Assembly: GCF_009834535.1 (NCBI RefSeq)
Contig: NC_045697.1
Coordinates: 93,994,001 to 94,058,000, forward strand
DNA from: Camelus ferus
Lineage: Eukaryota
Direction of reading: 5' to 3'
Length of the DNA stretch: 64,000 nucleotides
The translations under genes and the position numbers were made by a program. A model generated the notes under the pieces. It made no database searches and was not told where the DNA came from. It saw nothing but the letters and a program-made list of their open reading frames with translations. Below are positions 27,082-40,283 of this stretch, piece by piece. Position 1 is the stretch's first letter. Every line of letters begins with the position of its first letter.

Positions 27082-28254
27082 AGTAAATTAACGGAGGGGT
27101 GCTTCTGTTTACTTGCAAATAGATTTAACTTCCTAGAACTACTTGATGGAATCTTTCATTTGAGAAGCGGGGCTCTGCTTTATATTTGCTTAATTCAAAG
27201 TCTCACTCAAGAGATTCCTCTCTTCATGAAAGAGAGAACGAGGAGGGAGAGAGGTTGTCCCCTGTGGTGCTTTCACATTACACTACAACCTTTAGAGAAA
27301 ATATCTGCTAATTTAAAATGGAAACACACAAAGGCAATCTTCTAGACTTGAGAATTTTAAAAAATTTCTCTTTTTCATTTAGCTGAAGAAAGGGTAACAG
27401 AGCAGCTACACTTAGGTAAATCCAAAGGAAGCTCCAAGTACAGTAAATAAGAATTTTAATGATCATCTCACTAAATGTTCTGAGTATAACATTTGTGTCT
27501 TGAAAAATTCCACTAGCCAGCGAAATATTTTTCATTCAGAGTAGTTGAGTGAATAATAGAAAATACAGCTCACATTTATTCTAGAAGGTCAGAAAACAGT
27601 CCAGTTGACAATATTAATAGAGTACAAAATCCACGATTATAGAAGCTTTCCTGTCAAATACGACAACTTTCTAAATTAGTTGCCAATGTTCACCTGCCCA
27701 TGAGCTTAGCTGAACTAAGTTAGGCAAGTTAACAGTGACTATAAAAGTGAGAGAAATTTCAGAATTTCATTGATACTTATCACTGTACAAGTCTTGAAAC
27801 TGAGTAGAGAAAATAAAAGGAAAAGCTTACCTACTTCCTGTAAGCAGCTAAGGATGAAAAGCATATGTACACCAAGTTCAGAGAAAGGAGATTTTTACTA
27901 CATATTTAATGTAACCATCAAACAAATGCGTGGGGATCTGTTCTAATTTATCATCAAATGAAAAGAATTGTTAATGAGGATATCAATTAAATGTGTATGA
28001 TAAAATCAAATGATAAAGATGGTATTTATAATTAGGGAGATTAACTTCTTTTCTAAATTCAAACTTTAAGTTCTGAAATCTAGGACTAGAATATACATAA
28101 GGAATATTTCCATGAGCTAATCTATCATTCAAATGTATTATAAATGTTCAGCATATTCTAGATGAAAGATGAAAGTAGTTTTTAAAACTTAAATAATATT
28201 TCATGCAATGTATATGGATATATTCTGAGGACAGATATTAGAAGTTAATTTATT

Positions 28255-28480
28255 ATTATGATTAATATTTAATGAACACTTACAATGTGTTAGGCACTCT
28301 TTGTCATCTTCTGTGAAGCATCACTTATTAATCACAATCAACTCATCACAAGGTCCTATTTCTAGTTCATTTTTTTAGGTGTGAAAACTGTGGATCAGAA
28401 GATGTAAGAATTGGCTCACAGTGGCAAGCATGGAGCCAAGATGAAAACAGATGTTAGACCCCATGTTCTTAAGCACCAAC
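28255..28480 (-). mobile_element. MIR SINE
   Basis: 'atttaatgaacacttacaatgtgttaggcact...gaaaactgtggatcaga...ccatgttcttaagcac'. Confidence 0.65.
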
Positions 28481-30622
28481 AAAAGGAAGACTATTACGTT
28501 AAAGATTTTATATTATTGGATTTTTGTTTTGACAAAATTACCCAAACACATTCTCAGTCTGCAAACCCTTCACGTTTCTACAGAAGTTTTATAGCAAATA
28601 GTAAATTTGCCTTTATCATCCTTTCTAAAATGTTTATCAAGAAGTCAGAGCAATTCTCCTCTCATTATATAGTAAAGGCTAATTTTTATTCTGGAAGAGA
28701 TCTTACGTTGTACATGTTAATATACTTCAAGAAGCTGAGCAGGATGTGTCAACACATACTTTGAGTTTATTGGGACACGGCAGACAATCAGCATGCAATA
28801 AATGACAGAAAAAGAAAGAAGTCAGAAAAAAACTTTGAAAGTTACTGGCATACTCAGATTGCTTTCCACTGCCTCTTGTGAAGTACATTCCTAAGATATT
28901 AGAGAAACATTTGGGCTTTCCATTTCCTGATACTGTAATAGTTATTTTATTACGCACATTAATTAAGCAAGAAAATTCTAGATTCCTCTTGGTGCAAAAA
29001 GAATTTACTGGCAGCAGAGAGAAGCGGTATTTCTTAGGGCTGTACAGGAGCGGTGCTGTAGGCCCCCCGAGGTCTACAGTCAGAGGGAAATCCAAAAGCA
29101 AAGTAAGTAGCTGCCATTTACTGAGCAGCACCTGACACCTATGACACCCTGTCCTAGTTATTTTAAATCATCACTTCACTTAGCGCTCACAGAAATGCCT
29201 GCAGACACGTGGGTTAGCGTGCATACTTCAGTGTATTAGATGGCTATAATTTTCCAGCATTGGAAAGAAAATTTTAGTTTGTAAACAATTCTGGGTCAGA
29301 AGACATAGTGTCTACTTATTTTATATTTCCTTTCAGTACTTTAACACAGAGCTTTGCATGGCATTGATATTCAGTAAATGCTCCTAGTATAATAAGAACT
29401 TGTTTTATTATATTAAAATCCTTGAAGAACAGTGTCAGTATTTTATCTGTGGCCTTTAGCCTCCAATTCTTCAATTCAAATGATGAACAGGAAGGCACAG
29501 CTCAGATTCTTTTCCAGAGAATTAAGATAAAACATATTGGTAGTTAAAGACCTTAATTACGTTTTTTAGATTGCCTTAACAGACATTTACAGAGATTCAA
29601 CTATATGCTGGTCATTATGCTTCATGCTGGAAGCTATGACACAGACATTCACACAGGCATTCACATCAACATGATGAGCTGTGTGTGTGTTGGTGAGTAG
29701 GGTGCAAAGATAAAACCTAATAAATAAAACAACCAAGTCTAATACATATATGGCTAGACACTACATAGGTAGATTAAGCAGTGTTTCCCTATCCCAGATT
29801 TTCACCTTTTATTCTGACTCCCCTTCAAGAAAGTAGAAAGGTCCATGTTCATATACTCAGGGTAGGTATGTAATGAGAAGGAAAGGGAAGAACCTGCCAG
29901 AATTCTTAACCTGTGCTTTGTAAATCCTACACCTACTGAGCATCACTGTGTTGAAGGTAAATCAAAAAGGGACTTGGAAAAGCAGGAGGCAAGTTGGGGT
30001 TCCCCCTAACTTACAGTTTTCCTCATTTGGGTGGGGGCCCAGAATTACAGACACAAACAATGACAGGACAGTGACCCAAGGCCGACGGGTGGGATGCCTA
30101 TGAGGGACGTGGGGACACGTGGCCATGGTCACTGGTCACCAGCCTCAGCAGAGATTCTGTCCCTCCAAGCATAGTAGGTGAGCAGCTGAACAGCGATAGA
30201 CCAGCAGACCACCACCGTTAAGTGTGGGCAGTGGGAACTTCAGCATGGATCACCACGGTCAGCAGATGCTCGTTTTCATTCCCTGGACACTGAGTAGGGC
30301 TCTCAGACTCCAGAGGGACATTAGGTTGGGAAGGAGAACCTCCCACGTAGAAGATAAGATCTCCTATAAAGTTAGAAAGTTAAAGGGTAATGGTAAAACA
30401 AGTTTTAAAGGAACTAAAGTGGTATCTCATACACATCTTGGCTTGTAGACTGTAATTAATACCTCCTTGGTTGTAAAATAATAAATGTGTGAAGTACATA
30501 AGAAGAAAGACAAAGGCATGATTAATGTGTCACAGAGAAGGTGACATTTGAGAAACTTGAAAGATGAGCGAAGGCTCCCTCAGCAGTGGGAATAACACAT
30601 GCCAAGTCAGAGATAATGCTGG

Positions 30623-30646
30623 TAGCATATTAGCATATTAGCATAT
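30623..30646. repeat. Perfect tandem repeat (TAGCATAT)3
   Basis: Read directly from the sequence. Confidence 0.95.
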
Positions 30647-30784
30647 TTTGGCCTGGGTCCCATCAGCAATCCATTAGTGTAGGGCTGGAATATAAAAATT
30701 TACAGCAACTGATTTTAACAGATATGAGGAGTTGAGAGAGAAACATAAAATATTTTGAACGAGCTGGATAATAGTCTTCAACAA

Positions 30785-31200
30785 AAGTGGTTCTCCAAGT
30801 GTGGTCAAGGGACTCCTAGGGATTCTGACAATCTGTCAGGGGGTCCACAAGGTCAGAAGTAGTTTTTTAATAATAATAAGACATTATTTGCCTTTTCACT
30901 CCTTTTCTCTCGCAGGAATGCAGTGGAAGCTTCCAGAGGCTAAAAGACAGATGAGATCACAGCAAACTGAACGCAAGAACACATGAGAATCCAGCTAACT
31001 TCTATAAGCCAGACGTTAAAGAGATTTGCCAAAATGTGAGAAAATGCTACTCTCCTCACTATTTTGTTTTAAAATTGTATTTTTCATAATAACATGTTAT
31101 TTATGTTAACATGAAGTTAAACAAATCTTAAAGGTTTTGAATGTATTTCTTTTAATTTCTAATGTAGTAATACTATTAGATAAGAGCCTCAAAAACAAAA
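30785..31200. mobile_element. hAT-Charlie-class DNA transposon fragment (subfamily unassigned)
   Basis: TIR-like start 'agtggttctccaagtgtggtc', then 'cagggggtccacaaggtca...aagacattatttgccttttcact'. Confidence 0.65.
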
Positions 31201-33304
31201 ACTGCTTGCTATTTGTCTCAACAATAAGTCAGTACTTAATAATGTGAAGAGGTTTCAGAAAATCTGTGAGGATGTGTTTTGAAACCTAATATGGGTTAAG
31301 TGTACAGGCTTTGTAATTCTTAATCCTAAGATAAGTATTATGATAAAGTGGATAATATGAACAATCAACATGGTTATTAACCACAACTGCAGAGCTGGTA
31401 TAGGTAAAGGGTGCCAGTGCATTCAGAGTGAAGATGGGTACGAAGCAGGTGGCAGAGGTTTAAAATGGAACTGAAAAGCAGTATAAATAACAGAATTTTT
31501 TAAAAGGGAAAGCAACCAGGTGGTAAACAAATATGTCCTTTATTAAAAGTAAGCCCCACTGACATTATTTTTGCTAAATAAGAAAAAAAAAAACTGATAC
31601 AAGTTAAACTTTTGTAGGTTAATTAGTACTTCATGCATAAATTTTTAGACACTATAAGTGTCCTGTACTCAATAGTAAAAAAAAAGGAAACATTTAGTTT
31701 CTTGTGTCCAAAATGAATATTTTCTGGGGTACATTAAGAAGGTCAAAAATCACCTCTTCCAAAAGTTTATGTTAGGAAATCCTATGTGAGGACATAGCAA
31801 ATGTTTGGATAGTTGATATCAATGTAACATTACTACAGATGGCTAGTCAATTTTTAAAAATAATTTATTACTAAATATGATCAGCCTTTAGGATAATGAT
31901 TTTAGCAATATTTCTAAAATCATTGTCCTAAATACTGACCATATCTGTTACGTGGCTTCACAACTCAAGGACTATTCTAATAAGTCATATACAACCCAGA
32001 TATCAAGGAAGCAAACTGCAAATTAAGTTGATTTGGATATGGTTATTTATAATGATCTAACAGTACAATGATAAACAGTAAAACTTGCTTAGATCAAACA
32101 AAAACTAGGAGAGAGACTATACAATCTTGGTTAATTTTATTATTGTTTTGTAGAAATGCTATTAGGTAGTTCCATAAAAATTTTACATAAAAGTAAATGC
32201 AAATAAAGAATTTAACCCAGTTTTACTTACTATGTCAAAAATTGGGTTATCCTGCTGTAAAACATGATAAGTACTAAGAGTAAAGAAATACTTAGTAATA
32301 CTGCCATTCTCGGATGAATGAGGAAATCATAAAAAAACTAAGAGAGAAAGATGAACATTTTTACTCACAATCAGTTTTAAGAAAGAGAGGGCAAATTTAG
32401 GCAAACAACAATAATAATAATAGTCCTAAAATAGTTTGTTAAAACAATTACTTCTGAGATTCATATTTGATTACTTCCAGTGAAAACAATACAATGAAAT
32501 CCCCACATTTTAATGTTTCACAAAATTCAGCCTAAGTTAGTGATGGGTCATCTAAAAGAGCGAACATTAAAGTCAGTGTATAACACTTTGATAACAAGAA
32601 AAGAGAGTTTCAGTTTTTGTTGTTTATTTCCCAGCATTTTTCAAGAGGCTACAATGTTTTTGTTAGTCTGACAGAGTGTCTCCCCCAGCACAAAGCCTAG
32701 AAAGGACTTTAGGGACTATTTTCTTTAGAAGTAATCCATAAACACAATGAAATAATCAATGTTTCCTTCAAAAGATATCTTCTAATTCCATAATGTCTTT
32801 TATGTGGTTTCTATTTTATCTGTACTGTGCCAAATTATTCTTACCACATTAGAACACATGATGTATCCTTGAAAACCAATATCATGAAAAATAAACAAAC
32901 ACAATAAAAACCTAAAAAAGTCTCAACTGACTCAGCATTTGTTAAGGGTCTTTTGGTTGATAAATAATAGTTTCCTCAATATTACAGTCACCACGTGAAT
33001 AGAAACTACTGTAATGAAATGGTTGTTACTGGCATCAACGCCAAGAGGACATGGTAGATTTAAAGGCAAACTGGAAATAGAAAATATTTCCTACAATGCA
33101 AAATGACATGATTTTTACTAAGGCATGAAACTGGTGGGAGTTTTTTTTTTTTAATTGTGAAACACTATCTTTCTTATTAAATATATCTTCTCCTAAAGCT
33201 CTAGTGCCACAGAAACTTTTAGAAATGTTGTAACATTTTGTTCTAAGAAATTATTACATTTCTTTTTTTCTGATCTACACACTGACATTACACAATGACT
33301 GACA

Positions 33305-33640
33305 GTGTAGCCGACTTCACTGCCTAATAACTAAATTCTCCTCTTCTCTGCAGTAACAGAAGGACTATGCACGTGGATGTCCAACTACACTGCACGCAGC
33401 AGCCTCCCTTGCAGTTAGATGCAGCCACATAACTAAACTCTCCATGGAATGCAAACAAAAGTGAGGCAATGCTCCGTCCAATCTGGACTCCCAAGACCAT
33501 GGTACTTTTTACCTTCCTGTGATATTGAGCACCTATGTATCTACCTTAGACGTAGAGCAACAAATCCCTGCATTATTTTAACTGCTGAATGTCTGGCCTC
33601 TGTTATAGCCACTAGCATTTCCTGGAATATAAAACTTTGA
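33305..33640 (+). mobile_element. MaLR LTR (MLT1I/J-like)
   Basis: 'cagcctcccttgcagttagatgcagccacataactaaactct...atggaatgcaa'. Confidence 0.65.
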
Positions 33641-33779
33641 TAAACAAGTGTCTTGTCTTAGTCCCACTGCACTTTCAAACCTGTTCAGATAAAGATAAGG
33701 CCTCTTCCCTCCAAATATCACATGCTCATTCTTCACTGATTCTAGAATGTCTCAAATGGGCTTGAAAACTGAAATCATC

Positions 33780-34200
33780 CATCTGGTCTCAAGCCACATT
33801 ATGCAGATAAATTACACCCAAAATAAGAAATAAAGAACCACCATCGTTCACCATAGCAGTCAGGATTTCTCCTGCTACATTAAGTCAGAATGCTAACTCA
33901 GATCAGTTTAAGCAAAACATAATATGCCCACCCCTCTTCTTTCTTGTTCTCTCTCTCTCACACTCTCTCTTTTTCTCTTTTTTCTTTTTATCTTTCCATA
34001 TGCCTCTGTTTTTCTTTCTATATTAGACAATAGTGGTTGCTAGGTAACTCCAGCCCTAATCGCCATTCTTTACTGCTGACCGAGCTGTGTAAGTGTTCGC
34101 ATTTCCACAGTAAAGTCACAGGAAAGAAACAAAGTCTCCCTTAGTGCAAACAAATCATGGCATTCCATTACCTTTAACAGTGATTGGTTTGGGACTGGGA
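33780..34200 (-). mobile_element. Possible old MaLR LTR (MLT1J/K/L-like) with a CT-rich tract
   Basis: 'taactcagatcagttttaagcaaaa' and 'gtgattggtttggg' blocks; weak similarity only. Confidence 0.35.
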
Positions 34201-34269
34201 ACAAGAAATTCTAGCAAATGACACACAAAATGGAAGAGTCTACTGATACGGTAAAACACATTTAGGGAT

Positions 34270-36610
34270 TTTCTCTTAAAAAGAGATAGATGACCTACTG
34301 TAGACATCAAAAAATGATAGGGTATTATTAGAAATTCAAATTTACTTGATATTTTAGAAGAAATGGACAAATTCCTGGAAAACTACGACTTAAAACTGAC
34401 TCAAAAAAGATAATACCCAAATTTCTTATGACCATAAATACATTAATTTATATTATGATTTAAGCAATCATAGCAATCAATTGACCAATTAATGGTATCA
34501 TAACAAAAATCTTCCCAGAAAGAAAACTGCAGGCTTGGATGTCTTCGCTAGAGATTTTTACTAAAATCTCAAGTAAAAACCAATTTCAATTTATATAAAT
34601 TTTCCTCACAAACTGAAAAAGAGCATATGCACCTTTTATCGAAAACTGACAGGGATAAAATCAAAAAGACAAGTTATAGACTCATTTCACCTATGAACAC
34701 AGGTGAGAAAACACTCAGCAAGTCTGCAAAGGTATCAATCATGGATTATATAAAAAGGGTCCTATACCATAACTAGGTTGTGTTTGCACCAAGAAAGAAA
34801 AGTTGCAAATCCATCTTTGTATTTTGCCACCTTAAGACACTACAGGAGAAAAATAAATCATATGAACATTTCAGTGCAGACAGACAAAGCACTGGTTAAT
34901 ACTCAGTATTAATCATTATAAAAATGTAAGAAAATTCTAAGAAGGAACTCCTTATGTCTAGAAAAGTATTTAAAGCACTTATCATAGATACAATATTTAA
35001 TTTTGAAAGCTTTCCCTTTGAGATTGGAAATAAGAAAAGGATGCCCAGTATAGCTCCTAATGAACACTACTAGAATCTGCCATCAATGTAGTAAGGCAAG
35101 AAGAAGTAATAAAATGTATACAAGTTTTAAGAAAAATGATATGACTGCATTTAAAGAAAATGTCCAATAATTTATAGTTTAGTTACGTGAGTTAGCAAGA
35201 TTTTAGAATTTTGAATTAGGAAGAAAATAATTTTGAATGTCATCAATATGAAAACAAATAAAGGTACTATCAAATTCCTAGCAATAAATCCAAAAATAGT
35301 ATGAAAAATTCTTCAAGTTTTTACTGAGACATAAGAAGTAAATAAATCCAGATATATAGTATTTTCATGAACTAGAAAAAATAGTATTGTAGAATGTCAA
35401 TTTTCCTCCAAATGTTTTAGGATTGATTTAATGCAGGTTTTTTTTTGTTTGTTTGTTTGTTTTAGTTTTTTAGGACTTTTAATGCAGTTTTTTTCATTTT
35501 TTAGGACTGATGTAGTGCAGTCCTAAACTGAAATATTAACAGTTCTGGGTGTGTGTATGTGTGTGTGTAGAACCATGTAATTAAAATATTTATGTGAAAA
35601 TCAAAGAGGCATGATATTTTTAAATAGTCACAAAACTGACCAGTTCTTCTACCAGATAATAAGGTGTATTATAAAGCCATTGATAATTAGGACAGTTTGG
35701 TTCTGGCAAAGAGACAGACAAGGACCAAGGGGAAAGAAACAGACCCATGTAGATACGGATATTTAACTTATGAAAAAGAAGCATTGTGGATTTGAGGGGA
35801 AAAGATTATAGCGAAATATACCTTTCAAGAGATGAGACAATTAGGTATCTACAAAGAATAAATAAAATTGGACCATACCTATCATACTAGGCAAAAAAAT
35901 AACACCAGGTGAATTACAGACCTATATGTTAAAACAAAGCAAAACAAAAACAACAACAAAAACCTTGCAAAGCCTTAAGAGGACAACACAGTAACCTAGG
36001 AGAGTCTCTTTATAATCTTGGAAAATTTTTTTAAACAAAAGACAAAAGCACTAACCATAAAGCAAAAACAAACCAAAACAAAAAAACACACAAAAAAATC
36101 GGCCACTTTAAAATGATCATCAAAGACAGGATGAAGAAAGTGAATGGCTATCACAGAATAGAAAAAGGGTTTACAACACATGAAACTGACAAAAGATTTA
36201 TACTTACAATACAAAATAAACTCCAAAATATCAAGAAGAAAACCAGAAATAACGCAATGAAGGAAAAAAAAAAACAGGCAAAACACCTGAATAGACACTT
36301 CACAGCAAGAAATATCCAAATGGCCTATAAACACGTAAACAACCCAAAGGCCCAAAGTCAAATGGATTAACACACTGTAACACACACATGCACATAATGG
36401 GACTATTATGCAATAATAAAAGGTAAAAGCTCATCAACATGTGATGGCCGGGATGAATTTCATAAACCGGATATTTAGTGACTGTAACACCACACAAAAT
36501 AATTATACCTCAAAATACTGCCATATAAAGTTCAAAACAGGCAAAATCAAACCACATATATTGTTAGAGTTGCATACATAGATTTCAAAATCCTGAAAGC
36601 AAGAAAATTC
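34270..36610 (+). mobile_element. Old L1 (L1ME-like) ORF2 3' half and 3' UTR
   Basis: 'ttagaagaaatggacaaattcctggaaaa' (LEEMDKFLE), 'gaaagctttccctttgagattggaaataagaaaaggatgccca' (FPLR...GCP), 'ctgaatagacacttcaca' (LNRHF). Confidence 0.85.
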
Positions 36611-37387
36611 TTCCCGTTTTAATGGGTGAATTTCAAAAACTGGACATCAGGTAAAGGCAAACAGGCTCTCTGGTATTTAAAAAAAAAAAAAAAAAAAACT
36701 GCCTCAATGATCACAGCTACTTAAGAACGTACCCAGAATTATCTATGAAGGCAGTATCTAATTAACTTGTTACAGTTTCCATCATATTTTCTACCATGTA
36801 CTACAACAAAAAAAACCCTGTTATTTTCTGAAACGAATACCAAGACATATATGGGTACATGCTATATTTTTCTTCTTCACATAAAAATTATCACAAAGCT
36901 TCCTACACTCATTATTCTCAAGGAAGGCAAAATGACTGGTATTTGTAATGAACTAACATAACTAGATACTTTACAGATACAGTTATTATCAACTCAAAAC
37001 TTTTTAAAGTTCCTACCAATGATGCAGATTTGACGGCTTTGCTAAGGCTTAAAGGAGATTCTTTACAGCTATTCACAGCACTGTCATATAAGGTGGTGCA
37101 GAAAAAAACAAGGACAAAAGAATCATGTTTGTTGGTAACCTCAAACAGATCCAAGGTGCTGGATGATCTAATATTTTAAAATTTTAAACCATTTCCTTTA
37201 TTGAAAGTACATGCAAGAAAGGGCAGGGCTCCCTGGAATTCTTTCTTCTGTTTTTCAAACACCTTAAACTGAACATCACTCAAGCACAGTCTTGTGTGTT
37301 CACTAGGATATTAATACCACTACTGTGATCTTTTATGTCTATGCTCTTCATATTAACTACCCTAGTTTCTCCTTGGAGAAACAAAAC

Positions 37388-37783
37388 CTGTGGTTTGTCA
37401 CTGTTAAGACAGTAACTTGATGAAGTCACTACCACTTGCTAATGCTTGTTCTGTGATGGCAATGAGATGGATTATACCGAGAGGCTTTGCTTTCTCCTGC
37501 CTTTTCCGTAAATCTCCGGGCTCCCAGCATATCAGCAGACCCAGGAGCACAGCAAGGTGCACGATGCTCACAGGAGTAAAACGTCCACCTCTCCTTCTAA
37601 GTCTTGTCATCCTGAGCCACAGCCCACAAGCTTAGTTTTGGAATCTTCGTATGAATCCTTCCTTTCCCTATCCTCCCATGCATCATTCGCGGTCTCCAAG
37701 GGTAACAGTGCCTCCTTCACCATTCGGAACTTTGTATTTATGACATATGGACTGGATGCTGATTCTGAATCTCAGAAAACTTA
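37388..37783 (-). other. Candidate internal exon (396 nt, probably 5' UTR) of an unidentified minus-strand gene; contains small ORFs
   Basis: Acceptor 'ttcccttttatttttaaacag|'; non-repetitive block richer in GC and CpG than its flanks; weak donor 'cacag|gttttg'; no frame open across the exon that I can support. Confidence 0.5.
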
Positions 37784-40119
37784 CTGTTTAAAAATAAAAG
37801 GGAAATTACCCTGGAAATAACCTGCAAATACACTTCAAATCTTTCTTTTAGTTGAAAAAAAAAATGAAACGTATTTTTCTTTCCTTGTCTGGTCTCAGTC
37901 AGATCATATACAGGATAAACACAGCAAAGAAGGAAAAATTACTAAAAAAATGACACTTTTTTTTTTTTTGTCAGCTAAGAGAATCAAGAGTCTCTGGGGG
38001 TTTCTTTCCTCTCTCTCCTTGGTTGCTTCTGTCAAATTTTGTAATAAAATGTACCGCTGAAGTGAAAAAAATATATATTCTGTAAGAAAAGAACTGTCTA
38101 AACTTTATGTGGTGCTTTGAGAATTACTTAGCTCGTATAATTTCTTTGATATTTAAGGAAAATAAATATACCGAAATCCCACTCTGAGAGATGGTTCATA
38201 ACTGCACATATTTTGACTTAATTTGATTTTAGATTTTGTTCAAGGGAGCTTAGTAACGAAAAAGATCCCACCAATCACAAGGAATAAAGGCTTTGAACCC
38301 AAGAACGTAAGAGTAAAGAGGCTGTCTTGCACCATTTTCTCTATCCAATAAATTTAAACTATCTGGACTCCTCCATTTTCCTATATTTTCACATAATCTC
38401 CCCACTTTATTTTCCTTTTAAAAACATTTTTGTTTCATTTTGCCTTCATTTCACATTTGGAAAAAATCTGAAAAAAAAAAACACCACAGATTTAGAGCTC
38501 AAAAAAAAAGTTTATGTAATTTTTTTTTAATTTTTAAAAAAGAACATACTTCTTTAAAAGCATGACTTTCATATACAATTGATTTTTCTGCCCTTATATA
38601 AGATATGCTTATTTGTAAACTTCATTAAATGAGAGCTCATTCCAAAACTGACCTTTAGTGTTGCCATTCTGTTAGTAATCCTATGCTTACGAAAATGAAC
38701 ATTCTCCTGTTGGTTCAACTGTATGAATAAAACAGAGTATTTTAATACACTATTTAATGACATTTTTCTTTTGGAGCTTAACAGTGTACCCGGCTTGCCA
38801 TGAAGTGTTACTAGTCTGAGAAGAGCAGAAAGGACAGACACATGATACAAAATTGAGGACACTCCAAACACATTTCACCTGTGGGCGAAATGGCTGCAGA
38901 ATAGTTTCCTTGATAAGAATGTCATATGTTGTCTGTTGTGAAAGACTGTTTTAAACTGATGGTATGTATTCATTCACTTGTGTACATTTCCTCCAAAAAC
39001 ACAGAAAGAGTGATTTATCATGGTATATCTTCAGCTGTAATAAATAGCCTATTAATACTCCATTTGCTTTAGGACACATTACAATTAAGGCATAAAGACT
39101 TACAGGCCAGGCACAACTCACATCTAAAAGGGAGCCAATCAGAATCTGGAACCACAGAATGCATGTTAAAGGCTTTGACAGATGGTTTTGTATATTTTTT
39201 TAAATGGATTATCATATTCATTTAAGATAATTATTAAAAACATTACAAAAATTATCTGGTATATTGAAAGGATATCTGTAAAAGAAAGCTTTATTGATAT
39301 AACAAGAAAATAATTTCTTGTCCAAAAAAATTATAGAGCAAAACATATAATTTTATATGCATTCACAATAGCTGGAGTTTTGGTATTCAAATTCGCCATT
39401 TAAAAAATTATTAAGTAAAGATGCACCTTATGTGTTTACGATACAGTGACAATATGTTAAGCATAATAAAATTATACTCAGCTATTCACCTTGAAGAATG
39501 CGTCATGCACTTGCATTCTACAAAGGGGCAAAATCTTAGCCCTTACCTACCATAGATGAGTTTAGGACTTCTGATCGCTTAAAGATGTTCTAGAAAATGT
39601 ACTATTCGGCCACTCCCTATACAAATTCTTAGAGCAATTCCTCTGGATTTCACTGGGAGAATAAAGCCATAATTTAATTAAAATCCATGACTTTTTACTA
39701 CCTAGAACTCTACACAAGGAAATTTTGGGATTTTCTGAATACACTGTGTGAACACAAAAGCAGCATATGGAATTAATGACAAAGAGATGCACATATATAC
39801 CCACCTTGCACATGCATATATACATAATGTGTATGCATCAAGTTTATAATGCTAAAAAATGCTTTACACTATTGGGAAACTAAAATTTAAAATATATTTA
39901 CATGTGGAAATTGTTGCAAAAATGTTTCTAAATAATCAGACTCTGCAGTGTAAAGAGAAAAACAATGGTTCATTTGAAACATCAGTACCAACACACTTCT
40001 GAAGAAAGCCAAAATTAAGTGTGTGTGTATATATATATAAATATATACATTTTCATTCTTAAAAGGTTCCAGAGGTCCTCTTTATTTGAATTTCATTATT
40101 CAGACAATTCAGTCCTAAC

Positions 40120-40283
40120 CTGAGGACCAAGGTTCTAACTGCCATTTTACCATTGCCATTTCACTTTATCACTTAAAACAAATCAATTAACCTGTCTAAA
40201 TCTTGGCTACCTCCTTCTTAAAATTAGGAAATAGATGAGATGATTTTTATGGTTGCCTCAAGCTCTAGCAGTCTATGATGCTG
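40120..40283 (+). mobile_element. MIR3-like SINE
   Basis: 'taaaattaggaaatagatgagatgatttttatggttgcctcaagctcta...ctatga' resembles the MIR3 3' end. Confidence 0.6.
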
